Positions 1 through 14,330 of a stretch of 64,000 nucleotides of DNA are shown one piece after another. The stretch covers positions 69,254,001 through 69,318,000 of the forward strand of contig OX597826.1 in assembly GCA_951406725.2 (NCBI GenBank), in the 5' to 3' direction. Under the pieces are notes generated by a model. It ran no database searches and was not told the origin of the DNA. It saw only the letters and a list, made by a program, of their open reading frames with translations. Within the stretch, counting starts at the first letter, position 1, and every line of letters begins with the position of its first letter. The DNA comes from Octopus vulgaris. Its lineage: Eukaryota. The translations under genes and the position numbers were made by a program.

Positions 1-599
1 AGGGGAATCCAAAGCAAGAATCTCAAGATTGAGGTTTAGATACTTTTGACCATTCTTCACGCTCAATTAGAATCGCAGAGTTCTTAATTGGATTTATTAC
101 GCATTGTTTGAGAAATTACCTCCTATTTATCCTTAGTTCCAGGCTGTGTATATCTATTCTAATGTCTCTCTTGTGTATTAGATGTAACCAAGATATTCTA
201 CAAATTGGTTTTCTTTGAATAATTAAAATTTACACTCACGTTTACGTTTATAAGCCATTTTATTTTCATTGTTTTGTTCAATGCTGTTTATTTATATATT
301 TATTTGTGTGTTATGTTTAATATGTTTATTTATATGATGTATGTTTGTTGTTTGTATTGTTACCACTGCAAGAGAGAATATTTATTGCCTTCAAGTTTGT
401 ACAGTATATAAATCAATTAAATCTGTTGGAAGGTAAATGGAGATTGCGAGAGGTGGGGGGGAGGCTTGCGGGTGGAATGTTTTCCGTCGGAATTTAACAA
501 GTCAAGTTAAAGCATCAACAGCTGCAGCACACGAGAGTAGCGACAATTAGTTAGAAGTCTGTTCGAGTCTGGTTTACGACACAATAACTATAGGAATGG

Positions 600-1041
600 T
601 AATAGAGGAGGTGGAGGAGAAGGACGAGGAGGATGAGGAGGACGAGGAGAAGGAGGAGGAGGGGTGTGGAGGAAGATGAGGAAGGAGGAAGAGAAGAAGA
701 AGAAGAAAGATAGGGAGGTGGAGGGAAGGAAGGGGAGGAAGGGGAGAAGAAGAAGAAGAAGAAGAAGAAGAAGAAGAAGAAGAAGAAGAAGAAGAAGAAG
801 AAGAAGAAGGGGAGGAGAAGAAGAAGAAGAAGAAGAAGAAGAAGAAGGAGGAAGAAGAAGAAGAAGAAGAAGAAGAAGAAGAAGAAGAACAACAGGGATA
901 AGAAGAAGAAGAAGAAGAAGAAGGAAGGGGAGGAAGAAGAAGAAGAAGAAGAAGAAGAAGAAGGAGGAAGAAGAAGAAGAAGAAGAAGAAGAAGAAGAAG
1001 AAGAAGAAGAAGAAGAAGAAGAACAAAAAAAGAAGAAGAAG
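600..1041 (+). repeat. (GGA)n/(GAA)n purine microsatellite
   Basis: Direct reading; explains the poly-E/R/K/F/L/S ORFs at 551-1162. Confidence 0.97.
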
Positions 1042-1054
1042 TAGAGAGCCATTT

Positions 1055-1830
1055 GTAGAAGAACAGAAGGAACGCTACAAAAGCCCATTTGAGTGTAAAG
1101 ATCAATAACTGATCAATAAACATACAAGAGAATTGCTGAAGTAAAACGAAGAGTGTGAGCAAGGCTTTTCATTGTATCGGCCACATGTGGATCCAGGAAA
1201 CACGAGTTAAGAATAAGAAAATTGGTGAGCCATGACATGAGTAAACATCGAAGAATATTGCAGTTACAGGCAAAAGAGGGAATTACAAAATTTAAAACCA
1301 TTCCCCTTAGAAAAGGGATATTCGTAGAGGAGATCCTCTTTTCAATCCTTTCCTCTCTGGCGTTAAAGCCTTTGACCGACATCATATACAGAACTAGATA
1401 TTGGCAAAACAGCTTTTGTAAAACATCTCTTGTACGTCTCTGATCTCAAGTTGTATACTGCAGATAAAAAAGAAATTGGAAACACTAATACAAGCAGTAC
1501 ACGAATTTGCCAAAGAAATTAATATGGAAATCAATTTAGAAACGTGTACCAAGGAATAAGCCATTAGAACGAAATTTGATTAAGGCTAAGATGGATAAAA
1601 CTCAGATAAAAAGTTACATTATATGTGAAAAAGGCGAAAAAACGTAAAAAGGGAATGCAGTTAGCTAGCACAAAACGAGTAGAAACGCATAGATTGCTCT
1701 ATTGGTAAAATATTGAGTTGAGATGTTACCTAAGCTTATGGAATCAAAGTGACAAAAAAGTGGTGAATGATAATTACAGAATTCTATGGGATTTCTGTAG
1801 AGAGACACATCGTACTTTTAAAGCAAGGAT
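1055..1830 (+). mobile_element. Decayed R4/Dong-like (RLE-type) non-LTR retrotransposon fragment: RT region plus start of endonuclease region
   Basis: Frameshifted translations EEQK..CKDQ*LINK, KAFHCIGHMWI, TIPLRKGIF..ILFSILSSLALKPLTDII, HLLYVSDLKLY (cf. HLLYMDDLKLY) and KVVNDNYRILWDFCRETHRTFKAR (cf. ILWDFxIQTDRxIxARRPD). Confidence 0.8.
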
Positions 1831-2849
1831 TATATATCAAGTCCTGTACTTAGATGATACTTTATTATATTCACGCAGGATATTGGGTTCGGGCGTATTT
1901 GAGCTCAGAAAGTAAAGAGCCGGAACAAATGCTGTTAGTCATTTTATCCAGTGCTCGAATGATTTTACCAGCTCGTCAAACTAAATAATTTCAAATGTAT
2001 GTACAAACCCACATTTCTAGGCAAATTTGACCAAGGTAGGATTTGAACTCAAGAAATAAATACCCGAAAGAAATGCAGCAAAGCACTTTATCCAATGTTC
2101 CACTGATTTTGCCAATCCATCTTCCTCGGTTACGGATTTCGGTACAATGCTAGCAATTTTCAAGAAATTGGCTGTTTCGATAACATCGACTCAAATGATT
2201 TATTGGAACACGAATTAATGCCTCGGAGGAATAAAAGAAGCAGTTGCGCTCGACGGGATTTGAACTCAGAATATTAAGATCCGAAAGACTTGTTACAAGA
2301 CATTTCATTTAATGTTCTAGGGATGCTAGCAATACACCACCCAGTAAAGATTGATTCCAATTTATGTACAAGTCTGACAATTTTGAAGAGAGGGGGTTGT
2401 TCGCGTATATCGACCACAGTGCAACAACACATACATTTATTGCCTCAAAAGCAACGAGTGGGAGGCATTACAAGGACAAATGATAAAATTATGCGTTACA
2501 AAGAGTGTGGGAGGCTTCATTTAATTTGCAGTTCGTAATATCCGATAACAGCAACGTTTGTATTGAGAGAGACCAAGATCCGAAACAAGCCCACGTAACA
2601 ACAAGTTGGTACAAATCAGCCGGTTTGGTAACTTACAACAAAGCTGGTTTATGTTGAGAAACAAGATCAAAGGTTTACCTAGCATTTCCTTCAGCAGCCT
2701 CGCCTAGTCCAGGTATTTTCGTTATGCTTCGCCTTCCTGCTTCTACTTAGATTGTGCCGGCATGTGGATTTTACAGCTCAGGTATTTAGAACACATCGTC
2801 CTTCATATTGCGCACTATCCACCTTATATACAAACAAGCAAACACTCAT

Positions 2850-3030
2850 ATACACACACACATACAACACACACGTAAACACACACACATACAACACACA
2901 CATACACACACCACACACATACACAATACACACACATATACTCACTACACATACACGCATACACACACAACACACACACATAAACACATACACACAACAC
3001 ACACACATACACACCCCACACACACACAAT

Positions 3031-3065
<35 letters not shown>
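2850..3065 (+). repeat. Degenerate (CA)n/(TA)n microsatellite
   Basis: Direct reading. Confidence 0.95.
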
Positions 3066-4146
3066 CATAACCTCATACACATACAAATATATATTTGCAC
3101 AAACACTCACTTCTTTGTCCTTCTCACTCCCTCACAACATCCTCTCTCTAATTCTGTTTGTCTCTCTATCTCACCCCCTCTCTCATTTCCCATTTCTATC
3201 ACTCTCTATTTCTTTATCTCTCTCGCTTTATCACACACATCGGAGTCTCTCCCTCCCACCCCCCGACCACCCTTCCTTTTTAGGGCTGCCTAGTGTTACA
3301 TTATCCAATGTCCCTTATTGGTTTAAGACCGTAGAGAATTTGGTTTGAGGCGAGTATGGCAATTATTTCCAGCATGCTATGCAACCACGTAGAGGGCACT
3401 TTGGTGGTTTCATTGGTGTGCACAATAGAGCTGAAGATTTCCTGTAGGAAATAAATGCCTTTGCAACCAAGAACAGAATGTAACTATTAACAACAATAAC
3501 AAAAAAAAATTCAGCAACAAAAACCTACGAACACAGCGAAAGCAGCTAAATTAACAAAACGGACAAAATACAGCAAAAATCAACTAAGACAGCAAAAACA
3601 ACCGCCAAAAAAATAAAATAAGAGCACCAAGAAAACAAAAATCAGAAAATTGCAGCAAAAACTAAAACAGAAAATAACTTAAGCACCACCATCTTGGATA
3701 TTTTAGCTGCTGATGCTTCTCAGAAAACCACGGCGCTTTCTTCTAACTTTAGACGCTGTCTGTCTGAATTTGTTTTGGATCTTTCGATATTCGATAATTA
3801 TACGGTTTCGAAGCATCTTCCAATTTAACTATCCACATCATCTCGAAAATCCAGCCCCGATTAATGAAGCCGTCATGTTATCTTTTTGTAAAAAGCACAG
3901 AAGCTCACTTATTACGGCTATTGATTAATTTACTTTTCGACATGATTAAAGTTTTCTGTTGCTATATTAAGACAGATAACGATGTATTAGAAATAGACAG
4001 GCGTTGAGAACGGTGGTTTACTAAAAATTAGCAGCACAGTGAAAGCATGTGACTTCTAAAACAATAGTTACATAACGAGCTCGAGACCATCCACAAAAGT
4101 CTACTGCCACTTGACCTGCTAGAAACAGCAGTTAAATCGCACGATA

Positions 4147-4537
4147 TCTCTTTATATATAAAGCTGAAGTTGTCTGTGTGTGGCAGGTTTGGTAACCTTC
4201 AACTAATACTATCTCCTCCGAGATCCTGCGGCGCAAGTTGACCAAAATTGAGAGCGTGATAGAAGAAGGCTTGCCCTTCCTTCCGTAGAAGATAAAATTC
4301 AAATCGGACAATGTTAAGACCAAAAATTATTTACATCAAAAGGTGCATTTTTTCTATGAAAATCCCTATTTTATACGATTTTTTGACTGCTGTGTCGCCA
4401 TTTTTCAGTCTATTTCAACCAGAAAAATGTTCACTTAAAGAGAATAAAAGGCTACATAATACAAAATTTTTACTTTTCAAAAATTCCAATTCTAAAGGGT
4501 CGAAACAAATCCGAGCAACGCCGGGTGATACTGCTAG
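4147..4537 (+). mobile_element. Non-autonomous Helitron-like element
   Basis: 5' A|TC start, 3' GC-rich hairpin CCGAGCAACGCCGGG then CTAG|T, no TSD. Same 3' end as 23416-24256 and 36755-37135. Confidence 0.72.
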
Positions 4538-4814
4538 TAATCTTATAAAGGTAAAGGCATTTGTGTAGTACCGTTCTAAATGCGTTGTCTCTAAACGAAA
4601 AAGATGAGATTATCATGTCTTTGGGAGCCTTGACTTTGGCGATATTTATTGGATCAGAAATTTAATGAGGGTCAGTTAGAAAAACATGAGGTTTTTAAGC
4701 GATTAACTTACTGTAAAAATCGCAGAAAATACTTCCTCAAATCTTATTTGCTTTTTTGTTGTGTATTTTTATTTTTTTAAATAATGAAGGCAACATTTCA
4801 ATGAATTGTTTTTG

Positions 4815-5066
4815 TTGTTCCTTCTCGAGCCATCCCTGGCTCATAAGGGCCGGTTTCCCAGTAGTTTCCTTGGTGTATAGGTTCCCCACCTGGACAGGGA
4901 CGGCGGTCCGTCGCAGGTGAGCTGCAAGATGCAGGAGGAAAGAGTGGAGCCGCGTGGAGCTTAGGTGTTTCGCTCATAAATACACACATCGCACGGTCTG
5001 AGATTCGAACCCGCGATCCCACGACCGCGAGGTCTGCAGCTCTAACCACTAGGCCATGTGCCTCCA
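4815..5066 (-). mobile_element. tRNA-derived SINE, family A head with tail type 2
   Basis: Minus strand GTGGAGGCACATGGCCTAGTGGTTAG...GGTTCGAATC (A/B boxes); near-identical organisation to 59788-60061. Confidence 0.85.
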
Positions 5067-5529
5067 CTGTTTCAATGAATAATGATTGGTGAATCAAGGC
5101 TGGAACGTTGAACAGCAACAGCAAAATCAAAACGAGACAAACCTACTCATCGATTTATCCAATTTCCGTTTAAAAATCTCAAACATCTTCAATAAGAGTC
5201 ATTGTATAATTTGGTCTTGGGCGGGTTCTCTGCACACACGAAAGAATTTTTCCTAAATCGATAGTCACGGCCGGCTGGAATGTCTTTAATCCTTGATCTG
5301 CTGCATCAGAGCTGACCTGGAGCTAAACAATTGTCAGACATCCTGGAGTCAAAGGCGGAGTCTTTACATGGTCGCTCGACCTTAACAGAAATACTAGCCA
5401 CATCTTACTCATATCACAGTTTGCAATTTCAATAGGACCGAAAAACGGATGGGTTGGTAGTTGTAATGACTTTCACCCTAGGCCTACTTAAGAAAACCTG
5501 ACTAAGAGATTATAATAATCATGTCTGCT

Positions 5530-6053
5530 ATAGGCACAAGGTCTGAATATTTGGAAGAGGAGGCTTGTCGATCACATCAACTCCAGTGTTTCACTGGTAT
5601 TTATTCAATCGACCCCTAAAGGATAAAATGTAATGTCGACCTCGGGGAAATTTGAACTGAATAGCAAAAATTATCAAAGCAACATTCTTTTCTACTCTAG
5701 GCACAAGGCCCGAAATTTTTGGGAAGGGGACCAGTGGATTAGATCGACCCCAGTACGCAACTGGTACTTAATTTATGCCCCCCTCCCCAAAGGATGAAAG
5801 GCAAAGTCGACCCCGGTGGAATTTGAACTCAGAACATAAAGACAAACGAAATACCTATTTCATTACTACCCACATGGGGCTAAACACCGAGGGCACAGAC
5901 ACACGGATTAAGTCAATTACATCGACCCCCCAGTGCGTAGCTGGTACCTATTTAATCGACTCCGAAAGGATGAAAGGCAAAGTCGACCTCTGCGGAATTT
6001 GAACTCACAACGTAACGGCAGACGACGAAATACCGCTAAGCATTTCGCCCGGA
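5530..6053 (-). mobile_element. SINE family C, partial tandem (about 3 units)
   Basis: Repeats of gaaaggatgaaaggcaaagtcgacctcggcggaatttgaactc, shared with the 19791-21143 array. Confidence 0.85.
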
Positions 6054-6764
6054 GAATATATATATATATATTACATTCAGGATAAAACGTTCTTTATATT
6101 TTTTCATAATTTATTGTCTCATAATTCCTATTTTGTGGGTTTCTGGTTGGAAACCCCAGGTTTTCCACACTGAAAGAGCCTGGCTAAGAGTCTATACGGT
6201 TCCGTGACACAGTCCGGACACCTTGCAACTATGTTATGATACCAACCAGCATTTTGCAAAGGGTGTTTAAAGACTAAAGGGTTCATAAAACCGACTTTGA
6301 ATAATTCACTTACCCTATAAACTACGCGGCTTTTGAAATGGATCTTTTATATTCATATCCCGGCAATCTTATCGACAAATTTTGATATATGAACTTGTAA
6401 CTAAATGCAAATTGAAATATTGATTTCATACCGGCGATTGAACTTTGCTTCAGTAAGCGTATGCTAGTTGCAATTATATTATACAAATGAATGTTGCAGC
6501 CTTGAACCAAATGCAGAACCTTATCTTTCTTTTTCAGAATCTGAGCAACTACTCGTTCTGTCGCAGAGTTGATGACTGTGTCTCCTGATTCTGCGTAGGT
6601 TAACGACAACGAATCACCCGATGCAACCAAAGTATGAGATTGTAACTCGAACCAAAATTCTTTTATTTTGGCTTCTGTTATGAACGGTGTAGCTACGCGA
6701 ACGTACGAGATTAGCAGTTATGATATTCGTTGGATACCATACACATGTAGGGTAGTCTTAGTTT

Positions 6765-7075
6765 GATGTTTCCCCTTTGATTTTTGTCTCCTGTTACCGC
6801 CTTGTATTGCCTTAAAGTGCTGCCAATCACCTCGTTCTGCCTCTGTGCTTGACACACTGAACGACGTGGTCCTCAAATGCTGACGCGGTTACTGCGTAAC
6901 CTGGTTCGCACGAGGTTCTCTCAACATCTCTAGTTTCTGCAGCAGCGGTTCAAGCGTCAATATATACAGGAGACGAGAGGGGATAATACTGAAAAGCAGA
7001 GCGCATGGAGCTGAATGCTTCCGATAGGTAGCCTTTCCAAACCGTTCTCAATCGCAGCCGATATAGCCACGCTTA
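6765..7075 (-). mobile_element. Decayed L1/Tx1-like LINE reverse transcriptase fragment
   Basis: Minus-strand translation across frameshifts: GYLSEAFSSMRSAFQYYPLS/LLYILTLEPLLQKL (cf. RSVRQGCPLSPLLYVLTLEPLL), SAFEDHV (cf. SAYADDV), GSTLRQYKAVTGDK (cf. YEAVTGAKIN). Confidence 0.75.
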
Positions 7076-7106
7076 TGTCGAGAGTATCAGTTATGCAATT
7101 CGTTGG

Positions 7107-7484
7107 GATGGAAACACTCCGTCGGTTACGACGACGAGGGTTCCGGTTGATCCGATCAACGGAACAGCCTGCTCGTGAAATTAACGTGTAAGTGGCTGAG
7201 CACTCCACAGACACGTGTACCCTTAACGTAGTTCTCGGGGATATTCAGCATGACACAGAGAGTGATAAGGCCGGCCCCTTGAAATACAGGTACAACAGAA
7301 AGAAGAAGTAAGAGTGAGAGAAAGTTGTGGTGAAAGAGTACAGCAGGGATCACTGCCGGAGCTTCGTGGAGCTTTTTAGGTGTTTTCGCTCAATAAACAC
7401 TCACAACGCCCGGTCTGGGAATCGAAACCGCGATCCTACGACCGCGAGTCCGCTGCCCTAACCACTGGGCCATTGCGCCTCCAC
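7107..7484 (-). mobile_element. Full-length tRNA-derived SINE family A (tail type 1) with 13-bp TSD
   Basis: A box TGGCCCAGTGG, B box GGTTTCGATTCC; TSD TGCAATTCGTTGG at 7094-7106 and 7485-7497. Confidence 0.95.
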
Positions 7485-10400
7485 TGCAATTCGTTGGATA
7501 CCATACACAAATAGAATTGGTACAGCTCATCTTGTCAGCTCTTCCGTATGTATTTCTTTCATGAAGGGACGGGCCGTTTTGTGTAAAAACGAAAAGTTAG
7601 ATATACCTACTCCTTCGAAACGAAAACGTTTCATCACTTTCATCTCCGGGTAGGCCCACCTAGAGAATAGTGTTAGTTATTAAGATCGATATAGGCTGCT
7701 ACAAGGATATGTATTTGTATGTATGTTCACATTTGTGTCTGTATTTGTATGTGCATGTGTATACGACTCTTTGAATTGTTACATCTAGTCACACTTCTAT
7801 TTCATGAAAATTCTACATTATGTTGCCATTAGAGCCAGACACCAGCCAGAGATTCTATGAAACAAATAGTCTGGCAGAACAGACGAACTAATGCAAACGT
7901 CTGTTTGGGATTTCAGTACAGTTTCAGTACACAAAAGCTTCATTGCTTTTTGTGCTGCGTTTGAGAACATAGAGTGGTAATGCTGTATGTGACACTCTCA
8001 CCACTTCCTATCTAGTATATGGAACTAACAGGGATATACACACTGATTTTTGCTTCTAAACATAAGCAAGTAGTGTGAAAGGATTTGGGAAAAAGCAGGG
8101 AAGAAGCATTTGTCTCGAGCTACAACTAGGAAAACTGTCAGAAACCTTCGAGGTACTAGGGACCATACATCAACACCAAAACTGAAGAACTCGACAAGCT
8201 CTATAATAAAAGCAAGAACGAATGTATAAGCATTCACACACACATACACACACGCATACACATTCACGCACACAATTATATACATATACACAGACACATA
8301 CGTATACACAAACACATGCACACATACAGATTCACCCATACGCATACACACACACATACACATACTCAGATACAGATAAAGACACCCACACATACATATA
8401 TATATTGTCAAGTGAGGGCTGTAAATTATATTAAAGCTATTTACTGTAGTTCAAATATAATCAGACACTCAAATGAATATGTTGGCAGGCGTGGACAGGC
8501 ATGTTTATTATATCAATAATTGACACTCTATTCAGAGTTTCGCCCCACGATGGGTTAAGCTGGGCTTGGCTGTTCACCTTTGTCTTTGATTGTTTGTGTC
8601 AGGGGGTAAAACGAAAATTTAGATTTCTTTCATAAATAGTATAATATTATAGGGCACAAGTGCATCTACAACCTCAACTGTAACAAGTCGGCGAGGACAC
8701 CTCCGGACCAATAATGGTACAAACCTCACCTACTTTGAACTTTGAATCTGCGCATTGGCAAATTTCTCTAAAAACACATTGGATAATTAAAAAGTTTAAG
8801 CTTAAAGATCTAAACAATTATTTAATATAATTCGATTTCAAAAACCAATAACGTAAAAACAAATTGTTGTTTGTTTATGATGTTTTGTTTTGTGGTACTT
8901 AAACATGAATCACAAAACATTCAAATGATGACGTAATCGCCACACATTTATTACGATCAATTAACATTTAGCATTTAGCGGTTCATTTGTCGGTATTGTA
9001 ATGTTTATAAAAGTAACCTTCTCTGCAATAGCTAGTGCTAATAAATGAAAAAAAAAAAACAACAAAAAACTACACGGTGTTACGGGCAATAGTTCTTTGT
9101 TCAATGGAAAATGAACAGAAAATAATTTTTCGTAGAAATATAAAAAGAGCAAGTGTTTTATTTGTAAAGATTTTGTTTACATTTTGTAAAAATTTACAAA
9201 TTTGAACGTCACAATTTGAGTAAACACGTGGAATGGGATTAAGTGACAGGGCTCTATGTTTAGACAAGCTAGTATTTTGAAAAGAATTTTTATGCAAACA
9301 GAGATTTATTTCTAAAATACACATGAGTGAAAAGACTTCTTTAATGCAAGCATGTTATGGAGTGTGAATGTCATAACATACTTGTTATGAAAGGGAAAAC
9401 ACACACCGAAAACGAGATTGTTAAAAGTGTTACGTTGCAAAGTGGGTTGAATGATTTAGAAGTACGCAGTCGGCAGTCGACGGGTTCGATCCCATTTGAC
9501 AGCATCTTGAACAAATTTGTTTTAATATTACATGGAATCAAGCAAATTCCTTTTAGGTGAAAGAGGATGATGGCAAACAGTGCGGAAAGCCGTTAGATAG
9601 ACTGTCATCATTATCATCTGGTCGAACTTCCTGGGACAAATGTCTTTTGATTACTAATTTCTGGTATATGACCGCGGTCTTACAGACGATTGCAGTGCAA
9701 GTCAAAATGACGGATTTCCAGGCAAATATTTATAAAAGTGAAATTTGTAGGACAAAATGGGAAAAAATCCAAAGAGAAAGGAATTTTTTTATGTCTTACA
9801 TTTCATCCCCTACTACCATCCTGCTTTCCAATCATAATGGTATTTCCGCACTTTTCAGGATTTCAGGATTTCAGGATTTTACTGTGAACCTGATTGGATG
9901 GCCAACGGATGCTATGCTTTGCCAAAGGGCAACCAATGATTTCGTCTAGGACTATTTCTTGAGCAGCCTCAGCTCACTTGTATTTCCCTATCCGCGAACT
10001 GGGGACCCTAAAAAGGTACCGCGTTCTTACAGTGTATCGCGCTGATAATGTAACAGAATTACATTAAGTGAACACGTGATTGCTGAATCCAAAGCCCCTC
10101 CTGTAAACACCTACTTCAACTGAACGAAAGACTGAATCATCGCCGAGACCGATGGAGAACCATATACTTCATTACTTCATTATAGTCGGTATACATTGTG
10201 TAAAAGCTTATTTTTACTATACACTGTATAGGATTTTGACTCCAACGAATCGTGGACACTTCTGTCGCGAACAAAAGAGATAGATTTTCCACAATTTCTG
10301 AACGACCTACACAAATATTTGAACAGTATATTAGTCCACTCCCTCCATCAAATCGAAATTTCCTGTACATGGGCACACAGTATCACACGTCAGAGGTCGA

Positions 10401-10609
10401 AGTGATCGCAGATCAACGAGTGATAAAGTGTTTAGCTTAAAAACAAACACAACGCACCACCCGAACCCGGAAACGAAAACACGAAGTCGTGATCATGTGT
10501 GTTACATCCAAACCGACAGGCAACCGCATCCTTGCTTCAACAATCATCTGATTGTTCCAAATTACCAATTTTTCACACAGGAGTGGCCTTATATAAAAAC
10601 ACAGCCAAT

Positions 10610-10624
10610 CATAATCATTATTGC

Positions 10625-10682
<58 letters not shown>

Positions 10683-10735
10683 AATAATAATTATGATGAT
10701 GATGATGATGATAATATCATCATCATTATTATTAA
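10610..10735 (+). repeat. (ATT)n/(AAT)n/(GAT)n microsatellite
   Basis: Direct reading. Confidence 0.95.
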
Positions 10736-11051
10736 CCGACATTTGTGAAATGGCCATTGTATATGATGCAGAAATAATTTCCAATTATGCCAAACAGTTG
10801 AAGCCTTAAATTCAAATATAAATTTATAACTAATGAAATGAAAATTAAGCTTTTATACGTATGTATATCAATTTCCAAGCTATATATTCAAATTTTTAAG
10901 ACCATCATTGCTGGAACCTGCTATTTTGGAATTGCACAAATTTTCGCGAGTATTTTCAGCAAGTCACTTAACTCAAAGAATGATAAACAAAACACACACA
11001 TATATATAATATTATCTCAAATTATATATATATATATACATACATAAATAC

Positions 11052-11098
<47 letters not shown>

Positions 11099-11099
11099 G

Positions 11100-11275
11100 T
11101 TAATACAAACATGAAAACACAAAGAGAAAACACAACAACGCGAGGACGTGGAACAAATATAGTATTATTGGACGCTCAGGATGGAAGGGAAGAAGGAGGG
11201 CTTAACGTTTCGAGCGGAGCTCTTCGTCAGAAACATAGGAGAAGGAAAGATCCAGAGAAGGGAAGACAGAGGAAA
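11100..11275 (-). mobile_element. Small (TA)n-inserted element with hammerhead motif (pLTR/retrozyme-like)
   Basis: Flanked by TA tracts; homologous to 33565-33740 (opposite strand); contains the HHR fold at 11200-11234. Confidence 0.7.
11200..11234 (-). ncRNA. Minimal type-I hammerhead ribozyme (extra A after A9)
   Basis: Minus strand GUUU-CUGACGA-A-GAGC(UCC)GCUC-GAAA-CG-U-U^-AAGC; stem I 4 bp including one GU. Confidence 0.7.
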
Positions 11276-11396
11276 TATATATATATATATACCGGAGTAA
11301 GCACATAAATGTGAAACAAGCTGCAAAAAAGTGTACTCAAATACCAGAGGTAGAGTAAAGTGCTTTTTTTTAAAAGCAGCAGAAATATAACAAAAG

Positions 11397-11434
11397 CTGT
11401 TACTCAGAGTTTCACGTCCCTGTTCGTCGGACAA
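11397..11434 (-). ncRNA. Hammerhead-like motif, U4C variant, weak stem II
   Basis: Minus strand UUGU-CCGACGA-AC(AGGGAC)GU-GAAA-CUCUGAG-U-A^-ACAG, within a separate small element at ~11292-11438. Confidence 0.5.
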
Positions 11435-11439
11435 ACTGT

Positions 11440-11680
11440 GTGTATGTGTGTGTGTTTGTCTTGTCTTTATTTTGTCTTAATCTCTGTTTATCTCCAACCA
11501 GCACTTGACAACTGGTGTTGGTGTTTCCTTCTCCCTCACTTAGCGGTTCGGCAAAAGACATCGATAGTATAAGTAACACGATTTAAAAAATAAGTATGCA
11601 GACGATTCATTTGAATAAAGTTCTTCAAAGCTGTACCCCAGCATGGCCGCAGTCTAATGAATAAACCAAATAAAGATAAA
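11440..11680 (+). mobile_element. SINE family B, 3' half
   Basis: cttgacaactggtgttggtgt...ttagcggttcggcaaaagac...cagcatggccgcagtc matches the 3' part of 31573-32012. Confidence 0.8.
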
Positions 11681-11689
11681 AAAATACCT

Positions 11690-12005
<316 letters not shown>

Positions 12006-12574
12006 CTCATAAGCCCTCGCAGACAAACACAATATACATGAAAAGACTCTTTTAGCCTGACCACGTAGCGATGCAGTGCAATATGGTTGAATAAGTTTAT
12101 CGTATGAACAGGAGAAGCTTTTTAGAGAATCGATTTATCTATTTCCTAATACTTTTCACATCGTTTATGTTTTTGCATATACGCTAAACTCTACAGAATG
12201 CCGTACTATAGAATGAGATACACACGAAATGCCAAATGTAAAAGAAAAGCAAGAACAGAAATGAACATTAATACATATTCAAACTGAAAACAAACGAAGT
12301 CAGCACATACATAACACACGCATGAAAAAAAAAAGTGTTTATAGAAACAAAGAAACGTAGTGTTAAGAGAGCGTGTTGAAATTGCGTCGCACAGCGTTGA
12401 TTAGTTTAGAAATACGGAGAAAGGTCAATGTGGAACGTGAACATGCGGGGTTGTGAGATAGGAAATTAAGTACTGTAAGACAGGAGATGAATTGAGAACG
12501 TGGCTATATCTGTTATCACCAGAAAATTATATGTTTGAATGAATGAATGCATGTAAGTAAGTTCGTACATACAT

Positions 12575-13316
<742 letters not shown>

Positions 13317-13790
13317 CATATATACATGCACGTGCTCACACACACACTCACACACACACTCGCTTGACAGTGTGCACTGAGTTTTAGTTAAAAAGCACAA
13401 TAAAAACATAGATATACATATTTCAAGATTCGCCAATAACTCATTATAAATAATTAATTATTATCAATACATGTACTTATAGCAATTTAATGGAAAAAAT
13501 ACAGATGCTCTAAGTCTTCTATCGCTCTTGTATCGCTCTTGAAGAAATATTTCTTGAGTTAGTTGAACAGTAGATGCCTTTATTCCTGTTATGTCTAAAT
13601 AAATAACGAAATGAATATCTTACAACTTCATTACGTGTCGTACAACTTCATAAACCCAATGTTGTTAAGTTCTATTATTACAAGTGACAAATATTTCGCC
13701 AGCACTTCAACACGTGCGTGCGAGCGCATGTCCATATCAGTACACGTACACAGACACAAATATGTATATAAGTATATAGATATGTGTATT

Positions 13791-13821
<31 letters not shown>

Positions 13822-13825
13822 ATGT

Positions 13826-13860
<35 letters not shown>

Positions 13861-13937
13861 AAATACAAATATATGCATATATGCATACATATATGTACAT
13901 ACCTATATATATATGTGTATATATACATGTACATATA

Positions 13938-14330
13938 GTCAGAAGACACCAAAAAAAACGTTGAACACAACGAGAAACGAGAATATAAAAACAAAAACAG
14001 AAACGCACCCTTCCTCGAACAAAGAGAAACGAGACATACAACATAAAGAATATTCCTCTTCCTTGTTTGTCCCTGTGTCAAATACTCCACGTCCCGAAGG
14101 CAAGGACAAGACACGACCTCGCTGAAACAGTCCTTCCCGCAAAGCAAATTAAATTAAATTTGGCATTTTTTTTTTTTTTGCGAAGGGTGAAAGTGGTAAC
14201 AAGAACAGGACAACGAGAACAAAACAGTATATGTTAGCATTGTTCTGTCTTTTACTGATTTTACATTTTTATTGTTTTTCCTGTTTTATTGTTTTCGGCC
14301 AGAGTAGTAAATCACATTCCCGAAAATTCA
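13938..14330. mobile_element. TA-associated interspersed repeat, related to 27292-27440, 28388-28536 and 37740-37892
   Basis: Shared blocks aacgagaaacga...acaaggaaaa...cc(t/g)tcatcagctgtc and cgaaggcaag...ccttcc(c/t)gc...aattaaa. Confidence 0.55.

Noticed and set aside
7410-7484. tRNA-like sequences at SINE heads (also 42084, 47765, 62920)
   Set aside because: A and B boxes are present but there is no complete cloverleaf, and each continues into a SINE body, several with TSDs.
8522-8570. Minus-strand GAAACTCT-GAAT-AGAGT resembling hammerhead stem III
   Set aside because: No CUGANGA box, and the would-be cleavage nucleotide is G.
9357-10440. Non-repetitive short ORFs (9557-9949, 10252-10440 and others)
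   Set aside because: No recognisable domains or convincing splice context; lengths are compatible with chance.
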